Below are positions 15,453 through 24,055 of a DNA stretch of 26,393 bases, piece after piece (positions within the stretch are counted from its first letter, which is position 1; every line of letters begins with the position of its first letter). The position numbers and the translations under genes were made by a program. This DNA comes from a virus (taxonomy: Duplodnaviria; Caudoviricetes), in IMG/VR virus record IMGVR_UViG_3300034150_000019, positions 1 through 26,393 of that record; one strand, given 5' to 3'. The notes under the pieces were generated by a model. The model was not told where the DNA came from. It searched no databases and saw only the letters and a program-made list of their open reading frames with translations.

Positions 15453-16190
15453 ATGACGGTACTGCGTTCAATGGGTGAGGGTCACTTCGCTGATTGCGTT
15501 GCGCCGAGCGGCATCGGTGAGCCGGTCGCCAAGCGTGGTGCAGGAGGCTACTCGGGCGACACTCCCGCGACACCGCACCGCATCCGCCGCATGACTCACT
15601 TGCACAAGAAGCACAATGCCGCTCGTGCATCGCGGAGAGGCGTTCTAAGCGCCGCGCGCGCACGAGTCGACATGACTACTCGTCTCGCACGGCTCGCGCT
15701 TCCTAGCGAACCGCTCGTGGCCACCCGGACACTCACCCACTACCCGCGACCCCTTGACCGCTATGCCGCACTGGACGAATGGCATACGGCTCGGGACAGC
15801 TACTGGCACGGTATTGAATCAACGATGCAAGTTGAACCACACCGCGAGGGTCGAGGCACGGGCGACGAAGGCTATGCCAGTGGTACCGTCGTCAACGCCC
15901 GCGAGGTTCGGGGCATGCCGCGCTGGACGGGTTCGAAGCGCAGTGCAATCACTATGACTGATGAGGACGGCAATGCCGCTCCCGTTGACTGGACATGCTA
16001 TCGCGTCATGCCTGACGGCTCGCGCGTCCCCCTCGTGACGACGGCTACGGCTCGCAAGCGCAAGGGACGCAGGGCTAGCGCGTCAAGCCCCACGGTCGAG
16101 CGCGACGCGGCCGCACGTGAGCGGGTGGCGTCACTCATGAGCGAGCGGGGTCGAGCGGCCGCGCAGGACACGGCTCGCACGTCCAGCTAG
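15453..16190 (+). CDS. Arg/Ala-rich hypothetical protein, monocistronic
   Basis: 245 aa, RBS AAAGGGGT, own promoter element and terminator; an internal start is possible. Confidence 0.65.
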   Translation: MTVLRSMGEGHFADCVAPSGIGEPVAKRGAGGYSGDTPATPHRIRRMTHLHKKHNAARASRRGVLSAARARVDMTTRLARLALPSEPLVATRTLTHYPRPLDRYAALDEWHTARDSYWHGIESTMQVEPHREGRGTGDEGYASGTVVNAREVRGMPRWTGSKRSAITMTDEDGNAAPVDWTCYRVMPDGSRVPLVTTATARKRKGRRASASSPTVERDAAARERVASLMSERGRAAAQDTARTSS

Positions 16191-16202
16191 CACGATCCAC
16201 AC

Positions 16203-16248
16203 GGGCGAATCCCTACAGTCTCGAAAGGGACTGTAGGGGTCGCCCTTT
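16203..16248 (+). terminator. Intrinsic terminator-like hairpin
   Basis: GGGCGAATCCCTACAGTCTC-GAAA-GGGACTGTAGGGGTCGCCC-TTT right after the 16190 stop. Confidence 0.8.
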
Positions 16249-16393
16249 CAAACACTCACGACGGTAACTCTTACAATGCATGGCAGTGGTGTATGTTGCC
16301 TATTCCGATTACAATACACGTGACGTTTGTTACATGTGACAATTCACACAAACCCTGATATCTCTCTATCCTCGTACGCGAGAGGAGGTACGT

Positions 16394-16708
16394 ATGAGTC
16401 TTGAAGACCTGACAACGAAGCAGCGAGAAGAAGTCGACGCAATCCGTGTAGCACTTGAACAGGAGTTGCGCGATAGTACAGAGAATACAACTTCGAAGGC
16501 GGCTGTCCGAGACCTCGAAGACTTGAAGATGGACTTTCTTGCAGCGATCAAGCAGGTCGTGAAGTTTTCGACCAACGATACGCTCAAGACGAAGATTGCA
16601 ATGTGGGGTTACGATCGCCTCATTGCAGATGGTAAGGCCAATGCTGATCCGCTTGCTGAGATCATGGCAGGCATGGAACGTGCAAAGGCAGCACAGACAG
16701 AATCGTGA
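16394..16708 (+). CDS. Alpha-helical protein, possible terminase small subunit
   Basis: First gene of the structural arm, RBS GAGGAGGT, helical with KIAMWGYDRLI segment; function inferred mainly from position. Confidence 0.5.
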   Translation: MSLEDLTTKQREEVDAIRVALEQELRDSTENTTSKAAVRDLEDLKMDFLAAIKQVVKFSTNDTLKTKIAMWGYDRLIADGKANADPLAEIMAGMERAKAAQTES

Positions 16709-17130
16709 GTGATCGTCGGAGCCAGTTAGTACTGTTTGACCACAGCATTGTTGGTCAGAGCGCGACGAGTCTGACGATTCGCAAAGATCGACCACTTGCT
16801 GCATGCAGACTATGCGGTCGTATATTCCAACCGTGGGCTTTCACCCATAAGACAGACTTGGAGTATTCGATTGATATGGACATGCAGCAAGAAGGTCATG
16901 CCCTGATTCGTAGGTGGCGCGAGATGCACAATAATAGGCATTCCGCGCACGAGCATCTCGCACTTGCTGAGTCGGGGCTGACACTTACACCTGAAGCAGC
17001 ACAGAAGTTGGCACCGTTCGGCTTCGTACCTGTTGGCGATGCGGAGGTACCGGAGATTGCTCAAGCACTGAGAGAGGCACCACGTGCGCCAGAAGACGAT
17101 GTCGAACACGAAGCTCAAAGGAGGAAGTAG
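16705..17130 (+). CDS. Hypothetical protein with CRLC...HxxxH zinc motif
   Basis: GTGA overlap; ACRLCG and HNNRHSAHEH. Confidence 0.75.
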   Translation: MSDRRSQLVLFDHSIVGQSATSLTIRKDRPLAACRLCGRIFQPWAFTHKTDLEYSIDMDMQQEGHALIRRWREMHNNRHSAHEHLALAESGLTLTPEAAQKLAPFGFVPVGDAEVPEIAQALREAPRAPEDDVEHEAQRRK

Positions 17131-17543
17131 TGTTTGTTGAGACCGTGTATGAGACTGGCAGGATGTCAGTCGGTGAGTATGCAGACGAGGATGAGGCGAA
17201 GTCTGCTATCAAGGCACATCATGACCGCGCTGTGAACGGTGAGCCGGGTGGCCCGGTTGGTGCTCCTGCTGAGCGGATTGCAGCGGTATACGTGTACGAC
17301 AAGCACCCCGACGACTACAATCCTGATCAGACCGCGAGTGCGGATGTGGTCACGTCGGAAGTTGCAGCGCTTGTCAAGAAGATGAAGGATGAAAACGGCG
17401 TGATCAACGTAGATCAGCTTGCGATGGCTGTACGTGATATCTCACATCCGATGCAGCAGGGCACGGATCGTGAGGACTCGTTTGGCTCGTTCTACAAGAT
17501 GAAGGAGTCCAAGAAGCTCAACCTCGACTTTCTGGAGGCATAG
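17130..17543 (+). CDS. Hypothetical protein
   Basis: 137 aa, RBS AGGAGG. Confidence 0.8.
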   Translation: MFVETVYETGRMSVGEYADEDEAKSAIKAHHDRAVNGEPGGPVGAPAERIAAVYVYDKHPDDYNPDQTASADVVTSEVAALVKKMKDENGVINVDQLAMAVRDISHPMQQGTDREDSFGSFYKMKESKKLNLDFLEA

Positions 17544-17545
17544 CA

Positions 17546-18100
17546 ATGGAGCATTGGCATCACTGTAATGAGTTCGATGTCGATGGCCCGCTTGAGCTTC
17601 GGCATGCGACCATTGTGTTCCAGAGGATGAGTCAGCTCGTCACGGACTACGTGATGGGTGCGTCTGGCTCGATCACACCGCCTGCGTCATGGACGATGGG
17701 CCTCTCCACGACTGTAGTTGGTACAGGCGCGAATATGGTGAGAGCGTCGGTCTGGTCTGTGACTGTTTCGGGTTCGAACGTCAATGAGATCGGGTCGACT
17801 ACTGCCGCCGGCTACGCGAGGCAGACGATTGCAAAGACAATCAACCAGGCGGGAATCGACTGGGGAACGTCTTCGTTCGACTCGACGTTCTCGACGGGTG
17901 GTCAGTCAACGACGGCCGATCAGGTCACGTTCGGCGCGTTCTCGGGGGCACCTAGCCCGAACGGTGCAAACTCGTGGGCGCTGACAGACGGCTCGACGTT
18001 GAACGCAGGGCAGTTGTACTTTGCTGCTGACACTGCGGCGACGCGCACGTTTGCAAACGGCGACACCGAGAAGGTGACGGCAACACTCAAGGCCGGGTAG
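17546..18100 (+). CDS. Virion/tail-associated protein (GYARQ family, mycobacteriophage Gp80-like)
   Basis: NEI....AGYARQTI...W......VTF....GQLYF....RTFANGDT.KVT pattern. Confidence 0.7.
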   Translation: MEHWHHCNEFDVDGPLELRHATIVFQRMSQLVTDYVMGASGSITPPASWTMGLSTTVVGTGANMVRASVWSVTVSGSNVNEIGSTTAAGYARQTIAKTINQAGIDWGTSSFDSTFSTGGQSTTADQVTFGAFSGAPSPNGANSWALTDGSTLNAGQLYFAADTAATRTFANGDTEKVTATLKAG

Positions 18101-18140
18101 GGCAACCTTGCCCACCTGTGTGCTGTGGAGGGGGTAGGGC

Positions 18141-20333
18141 GTGCCCGCCCCCTCCAATGATGCTTTTGCAAGTGCAATCGCACTTAGTACAACCCTGCCC
18201 GGAACTAGGACGGGCGATACGACTGTCGATGCGACCGGACAAGTTGGATCGGGTGAGCCTGTCCCGTTCGGTGGAAATGATGTGCAGTCGGTGTGGTACA
18301 CGTATACGCCCACATCGACGGGACGCTATCGGTTCAGGCTTGCTAATACGACGACGGTGGTTTGGACTGACGTTCGTCAGTTCCGGGTTTCGTTGTATTC
18401 GGGTTCGACGGTTGGTGGCCTAACAGAGATTGTTGGTGTCAACAAGAGCGGCAACTCTGTCAACCTACTGCGTGACTTCGCCATTGTCGAAGCTCTGCTT
18501 ACGTCGGGCGTCACTTACCACATTCGTGTGGCCTCGTCGTTCTTCACGGGCGATCCAGCTAATGCGCATGCGATCAACTTCGATCTGCATTGGGAGTCGT
18601 TCGGCAATCCTTCCGCTCCGGCGAACGATGCGTTGGCAAGCGCGGTCGACCTTGGTACCGACCCTGTTGATGGATTGGTCGCAAGCCCGACGACTGTTGG
18701 CGCGACTGATGATGGAGGGTTCTCATATGGAAATGGGTTCCCGTCGGTCTGGTACAAGTTCCACTGCGCCACGACGGAGTCGCAGGAAATGCATATGGTG
18801 CGTGACGGGGCTGATCCGTTCTACGTGCCCTATTGGGAAATCTACAAGAAGCTCAGCGGTGGTACGCCGACTTCGTGGTCAGACCTTGACTTTATCAACA
18901 ACGGAGACTTTGTAGATAATACAGTCTCCATCGAGGATGCAACAGTAACAGTATCACTTGTTGCGGGCAATGATTACTACATCTTTGTTGGCAACTACAA
19001 CTACGATGGTACGGAGGGCGATAGCGATTTCTATTTCGGCGCGGTTGCTGCTCCGCCTACCGCACCACCCAACGACATACGTACTGCACTGAATTCGGCA
19101 CCGCTACAGAATCACCACCCGTACTATCTCGGTCGCACGGAGTGGGTACCGTATCCCGGTAGTGCATGGCTTACGGAGGCGCAAGCTGGGGCTGTCGATG
19201 GAACTACTGTTGCTGCAACTACAGATGGTGGTGAAGCTGCACACGGTGGCTACGGCCCGACACGATCGGTCTGGTACGTGCTTACGATTCAGAAGTCGGG
19301 CACGTACAAGATATGGGCTGAGTCGGCTGTCGACTGCGTACTGTCGCTCTACAACAAGTCGGGCGGTTCACTAGGCTCGTCGGTTGCCGAAGACGATGAT
19401 AGTGGCACCGGCAACTGGCCAGAGATTATACAGTCTCTTGCAGTGGGCGAATATTGGATCGCGGTCGATTCCAAGACGGAAGGAACGTTCCGACTCAAGT
19501 GGCAGTTGCAGACCGGAGGTTCCCATCCGGCTAACGACAACTTTGCAAGTGCAACGGTGATCAGCTCGATTCCGTTCTCTGGGTCAGGTACGACAATTGG
19601 TGCAACTGCTGAGCCTGATGAGCGCGAAGCTGAGATTCTCGCGTATGGGCCGAAGGACACCGTTTGGTACAAGTACGTCGCCACGTTCAACGGCCAACTA
19701 AAGATCAAGGGGAAGTGCACAAGTGTCAACGGTGGACACGCTTACGTATACATAGACTGCTGGCATGGCACGACGCTTGCAGGTTTGGTACGTATGCAGC
19801 CGCCCGACGACTTACGTGGCTTCTTCAACTTCTTCGATACGGACGCGCAGAATATTGCGCGCTCGCTAACGCTGCCCGTTCAGAGCGGTGAGACGTACTA
19901 CATACGTGTGCAGACCGAGGAAGGCGGGTCAGAGACCTTCGATCTCAACATCGGAGTCGAATCGATCTTTCTCGATATACAGGTGTCTGCAATTGAGGGT
20001 GGGCCGTATTCGGACTTGGCGACGATCTATCTCGATCTGCAAGTCAGTGCAGTCGAAGACTTCCATCAAGTCATTGGTCTAGATGCTGCGACGATCTACC
20101 TCGATATCCAACCGGGCTTCACGTATGAAGCTCAGGGCGCCCAAAGCACAGATAGTGCAACTATCTACATAAACTTGGTTGCGCTTGGTGGAGAGTGCTA
20201 TTCACGGTTCCACTTTACAGGCGAGGGTGAAGCTGACCCTCGTTGGGATGCAGTAACCGACATCTGTCGATGGCTAGCTGACGACGCGACAAGATGGTCA
20301 ACCTTCATCGAATCTCAACCGGGGTGTGACTGA
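18141..20333 (+). CDS. Large virion protein with four PxND-F/SVWY beta-sandwich (PPC-like) domains and C-terminal 20-aa repeats
   Basis: PSNDAFASA, PANDALASA, PPNDIRTA, PANDNFASA, each followed by GxTxxAT and SVWY/TVWY; tail DxATIYLDLQ repeats. Confidence 0.8.
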   Translation: MPAPSNDAFASAIALSTTLPGTRTGDTTVDATGQVGSGEPVPFGGNDVQSVWYTYTPTSTGRYRFRLANTTTVVWTDVRQFRVSLYSGSTVGGLTEIVGVNKSGNSVNLLRDFAIVEALLTSGVTYHIRVASSFFTGDPANAHAINFDLHWESFGNPSAPANDALASAVDLGTDPVDGLVASPTTVGATDDGGFSYGNGFPSVWYKFHCATTESQEMHMVRDGADPFYVPYWEIYKKLSGGTPTSWSDLDFINNGDFVDNTVSIEDATVTVSLVAGNDYYIFVGNYNYDGTEGDSDFYFGAVAAPPTAPPNDIRTALNSAPLQNHHPYYLGRTEWVPYPGSAWLTEAQAGAVDGTTVAATTDGGEAAHGGYGPTRSVWYVLTIQKSGTYKIWAESAVDCVLSLYNKSGGSLGSSVAEDDDSGTGNWPEIIQSLAVGEYWIAVDSKTEGTFRLKWQLQTGGSHPANDNFASATVISSIPFSGSGTTIGATAEPDEREAEILAYGPKDTVWYKYVATFNGQLKIKGKCTSVNGGHAYVYIDCWHGTTLAGLVRMQPPDDLRGFFNFFDTDAQNIARSLTLPVQSGETYYIRVQTEEGGSETFDLNIGVESIFLDIQVSAIEGGPYSDLATIYLDLQVSAVEDFHQVIGLDAATIYLDIQPGFTYEAQGAQSTDSATIYINLVALGGECYSRFHFTGEGEADPRWDAVTDICRWLADDATRWSTFIESQPGCD

Positions 20334-20632
20334 TGCCGATTGGATTTATCGCAAAGGGTTCCAAGGAGAACATCCGGGTGACGATGACGGATCGAAGTTC
20401 GACAGTGACCGATCTGTCCGGGTCAGGCCCGACATTCGACGTTCTGGATGCAGCGGACGTGCTCAAGGTTACGGCCGGAAGCGCAAGTGCTTCAGGTCTT
20501 GTGATCACGGTACTACTCGATACCACAGTCGGCGGTGTATGGGCCGAAGGTGAGTTTCGACTCTTCGTGAAGTTCACGGTCGGAAGTGAGGTTGTACGTA
20601 AGGGGCCGTTCTACTTCACGATTATCGAATAG
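20333..20632 (+). CDS. Small beta-sandwich virion protein (BppU-N-like)
   Basis: VTDLSG..PTF.V...GEFRLFVKFT.G pattern; TGATG coupling. Confidence 0.6.
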   Translation: MPIGFIAKGSKENIRVTMTDRSSTVTDLSGSGPTFDVLDAADVLKVTAGSASASGLVITVLLDTTVGGVWAEGEFRLFVKFTVGSEVVRKGPFYFTIIE

Positions 20633-20641
20633 GAGATTGCT

Positions 20642-21166
20642 ATGGCAACTATCGGTATATGGAGGATGTGGGAGAGCGAATACTTTCAGAAGCATGTGTG
20701 GCCTGCATTCGAGCTCGCATACCCCACAGACGCACATAAGGTACAGCGACTCGCGAAGGCGGGTGGCGATTCGAAGGGTATCGCAACACCACGCGCAAAC
20801 TTTGCACTTGGTATCTTCGAGGAGATGAGACGACACAAGAAGATTGCTGTTCCGCCGCCGCCTCCCCCACCGCCGCCACCCGATCCTCATTTTGGGATCG
20901 CGCCGCGTACCTATAACTTCGCGCCGTCGAACAACAGTGATCCACGCTTCTGTGTTCACGGTATACCTGGCGTCGAGAAGGGAGATGACGGCCGCTGGCA
21001 CGACAAGTTCAGTCGCTACGACGACGATGGTCGTGATGTAGATGGTGGTCGTACACGGACAACACAGGTGCCGGGTCTGCGACAGGCCGACAACAGCGAT
21101 GGTATGGGTGAGTGTCAGCTTTATGATGGACTAACAGCGTGGCCTGACGGTTCGTACGATAGATGA
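20642..21166 (+). CDS. Hypothetical protein with poly-proline linker
   Basis: 174 aa, VPPPPPPPPPPDP; RBS AGGAG. Confidence 0.75.
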   Translation: MATIGIWRMWESEYFQKHVWPAFELAYPTDAHKVQRLAKAGGDSKGIATPRANFALGIFEEMRRHKKIAVPPPPPPPPPPDPHFGIAPRTYNFAPSNNSDPRFCVHGIPGVEKGDDGRWHDKFSRYDDDGRDVDGGRTRTTQVPGLRQADNSDGMGECQLYDGLTAWPDGSYDR

Positions 21167-21426
21167 CCTCACAGAACTTACGTGAGTTGATCGAGGGTGA
21201 TGCCCTCACAGATAGGGAGATCGATCTGTTGTACGGTATCGCCCTGGGTGAAACGCACAAGGAATCTGGTGAGCGCATGTTTCTATCGCCCGATACAATC
21301 AAGGACTATCGCAAACGCATCATCGCAAAGCTAGGTGCTAAGGGTATGTGCAATGCAGTAGCTCTTGCAATTGGCAATGGCATAATCGATATCTCACGAA
21401 TCGTAGAAGATGCCGACTCTCTATAA
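21163..21426 (+). CDS. Stand-alone LuxR/GerE-type HTH transcription regulator
   Basis: LTDREIDLL..IA.G.T.KE.GE.MFLS.DTIK.Y...I..KLGA.....AV..A...GII is the LuxR C-terminal signature; no receiver domain. Confidence 0.9.
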   Translation: MTSQNLRELIEGDALTDREIDLLYGIALGETHKESGERMFLSPDTIKDYRKRIIAKLGAKGMCNAVALAIGNGIIDISRIVEDADSL

Positions 21427-22171
21427 CCCAGGTGCACAGCATGCCACGTTTACACCGATTAGTTCGGCGCTAAATAATCTGCAAGCCGGGGCAGGTACGA
21501 TCGCAGCTCTCGCGAGGAAGGTGACGACGGCAAACGCGGCGGTGGATATTCTCGGGCTTATGGATGCTGCGAGGGGGAATTGGTACCACTCTCTAGAGTA
21601 CGGCGCAACTGCGCTAAATGACGATGATGGGATTGTCTTCAATATTCTCGGTGGCGTCACCTTTACGACGGACTGGTACATCACTGTAGTGACATGGGCT
21701 TCTGGCACAGTTACGGAGCGCAGCCATTATATCAACCAAAGCTCACCCGCTGGATGGACGCACGCCGATGCGAGCAGTGGAGTAAATGGCGGCAATCGTG
21801 CAGGCCCAGGCACGATTGGTCATTTTGAGATCGGCTTTACAGGAGACTTCTCTGCTACCGATACTAATACTGCGCTCGTTGCTGCTTGGGTAGGTGTGGC
21901 ATTGTCAGATGCACAGTGTACGGAGCTAATAGCTAACAATAGAACATCCGACTGGTGGAATTGCTCCGCAGGGCAGCCCACGCTGCTGATCGAATGCAAT
22001 ACACTCACACCGACGGATATCGGAGCGAACCCATCGACGTTCAGCTCGATCGGTAGCCTAACGCTGGCCGGTTCTAATCCGACATGGAATTTCAATGGTC
22101 GCGCTCCTGCTGCACCCGCTGTTAGACCTGACTTCCGGCAGTTTCCCAAGTCAATCATGAGGAGTCTCTGA
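21410..22171 (+). CDS. LamG/concanavalin-A-like virion protein
   Basis: GTIAAL, DWYITVVTW, FEIG, AAWVGVALSDAQ..EL pattern typical of phage LamG-like domains. Confidence 0.65.
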   Translation: MPTLYNPGAQHATFTPISSALNNLQAGAGTIAALARKVTTANAAVDILGLMDAARGNWYHSLEYGATALNDDDGIVFNILGGVTFTTDWYITVVTWASGTVTERSHYINQSSPAGWTHADASSGVNGGNRAGPGTIGHFEIGFTGDFSATDTNTALVAAWVGVALSDAQCTELIANNRTSDWWNCSAGQPTLLIECNTLTPTDIGANPSTFSSIGSLTLAGSNPTWNFNGRAPAAPAVRPDFRQFPKSIMRSL

Positions 22172-23067
22172 TGCTTGCAGCCCTTGTGGGTCATGCAACT
22201 CTGCCCGACAAGCTAAAGCTCATTACGAGTGCTGCGGGCGATATCGACACACATGTTACGTACATGGATTGCGATAACTCATCGCCACCGATTACCGATC
22301 CGCCGGGTAATGAGCAGCACACGATTACAACTGCGACGACGACGGACATCCTTGCGGGTAATACAAGCGCAAGCAAGCGCCGTACAGTACAAGGTGTGAG
22401 TATTCGCAATACCCATGCCTCGGTATCGAACGACGTAACCGTCGTGCTCGATGCAATCGATGGCAATGACTACGAACTCAAGAAGGTTACACTTGCTCCC
22501 GGTGAGGAGCTTACGTGGTCTGAGGGACTCGGCTGGTTCCAGTACAAGGCCGCTATTCCTGTACTCAACTCGACTAACAAGAGCACAGCCGATCAGACGC
22601 TCTCAACGACTGATGCGTATCTGACAGGCTCAAATGTTCGTCTTGATGCGCTTGGTGCTCCAGTCATCGGTCTTTTGTATACATGTACGATTTCGATGGT
22701 AAAGACTGCCGGTACGGGTACGCCTACCGTGATTATCCGTGTGGGTACGGCAGGGTCTACAGCAGATACTGCACGAATTACCTTTACACTGGGCGTGGGT
22801 ACATCTGTTGCCGATACCGCAGTATTCAAGATACTGGCCTTGTTCCGTGCAGTTGGTGCCTCGGCCGTTCTTTCTGGTCATATCAAGATGGTCAACAACT
22901 TGCCGACAACAGGATTTGGTGGCACGACTTCTATCAAGGCGGTACAGGTCACATCGGGTGCCTTTGACTCGGGAGTCGCCAACAGCATCATGGGTATTAG
23001 CTTCAATGGTGGTACGGCCTTTGCGGGTACGGTTGGCTTGGTTGAGGTAGAACTAGAGAAGCGTTAG
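22171..23067 (+). CDS. Virion structural protein (Thr/Gly-rich, two beta domains)
   Basis: 298 aa, TGATG coupling, RBS AGGAG. Confidence 0.75.
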   Translation: MLAALVGHATLPDKLKLITSAAGDIDTHVTYMDCDNSSPPITDPPGNEQHTITTATTTDILAGNTSASKRRTVQGVSIRNTHASVSNDVTVVLDAIDGNDYELKKVTLAPGEELTWSEGLGWFQYKAAIPVLNSTNKSTADQTLSTTDAYLTGSNVRLDALGAPVIGLLYTCTISMVKTAGTGTPTVIIRVGTAGSTADTARITFTLGVGTSVADTAVFKILALFRAVGASAVLSGHIKMVNNLPTTGFGGTTSIKAVQVTSGAFDSGVANSIMGISFNGGTAFAGTVGLVEVELEKR

Positions 23068-23069
23068 TA

Positions 23070-23705
23070 ATGGGACTTGTACTCGCACTTCCGTACTTCC
23101 GTGAGACTGCGGCAGCGTGGTTCGATGACGACTTGCGCGATATATCTGGCGTTGTCTATTCAGAGACGGCAACTATCTATGTCGATCTTCAGGCTAGTGG
23201 CACAGAGATTGCGCAGTTTGTTGATGCCGCTACAGTTTATGTTGATATCCAGACATCCGCCACTGAGGATCATACGACGTTCGATGCGGATACAGCGTAT
23301 GTCGACCTCCAGACTTCGGCAGTAGAGGCTGCACAGTTTGTTGATGCTTCTACCACATACGTCGATCTTCAGGCATCCGGGACGGAACTACAGGAAGCAG
23401 TCGATACGGCAACGGTCTACGTCGATATTCAAACTTCGGATACGCAAGTCTTTGCTGGTGTCGATTCGGCTACAGGGTACGTTGATCTCCAGGCAAGCGG
23501 TGTTGAGCTACTGGAGGTTGTCGACTCCGCGACGGTCTATCTCGATCTTCAGGCCAGTGGTACCGATGACTACACGCCTGTCGGTGGGACACAGATGATG
23601 TGTCCCGATGCGGACATCGATGTCGGAAACTGGACGACTGCACCATTGTGGTCAAAGGTGAACGATGCCTCTGATGCAACGTTCATAACAGCAACAGCCT
23701 CATAA
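23070..23705 (+). CDS. Repeat fibre protein (seven 20-aa repeats)
   Basis: DxATVYVDLQASGTExxxxV x7, then PDADIDVGNWTTAPLWSKVND tail. Confidence 0.85.
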   Translation: MGLVLALPYFRETAAAWFDDDLRDISGVVYSETATIYVDLQASGTEIAQFVDAATVYVDIQTSATEDHTTFDADTAYVDLQTSAVEAAQFVDASTTYVDLQASGTELQEAVDTATVYVDIQTSDTQVFAGVDSATGYVDLQASGVELLEVVDSATVYLDLQASGTDDYTPVGGTQMMCPDADIDVGNWTTAPLWSKVNDASDATFITATAS

Positions 23706-23714
23706 GGAGGGATC

Positions 23715-24053
23715 ATGCGTTTCTTGCTAGTCATTATCGTCGCGCTACTGCTCGTGCCAGTAGCTAATGCTGGTCGTCATAACACTACCCTATCCTGGGA
23801 TGGCTCAACCGTTAGTGGTTGCGGCTATACCGCAGGGGACGCTGATGTGTACTTCCTCTGGTACCCGACCGGAGATCCAAAGGGTGATGCAACATATACC
23901 GAAACCGAAGTCGCTGTTGATGGAGCAAGTTGCATCTCTACCGCATGGACGCCTCCAGGAAATACGGGCTATGTTGAGATTTGGGTAATCCAAGAGAACA
24001 AGGCGGGCAAAGGCGCTCAGGTCATGGGTAAGATTACTATTACGCTAGGCTAG
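23715..24053 (+). CDS. Secreted/exported small protein
   Basis: Signal peptide MRFLLVIIVALLLVPVANA; two Cys; RBS AAGGAGG. Confidence 0.8.
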   Translation: MRFLLVIIVALLLVPVANAGRHNTTLSWDGSTVSGCGYTAGDADVYFLWYPTGDPKGDATYTETEVAVDGASCISTAWTPPGNTGYVEIWVIQENKAGKGAQVMGKITITLG

Positions 24054-24055
24054 AG

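Noticed and set aside
16296-16315. TTGCCT-N8-TACAAT as a ninth short-spacer element
   Set aside because: Poorer -35 match and 8-bp spacing; cannot be distinguished from chance, although a late promoter probably lies nearby.
16271-16804. 177-aa minus-strand ORF
   Set aside because: Antisense to two plus-strand genes, one with a strong RBS and one translationally coupled.
20850-20885. CCG-rich tract as a simple-sequence/phase-variation repeat
   Set aside because: Encodes a poly-proline linker with mixed codons.
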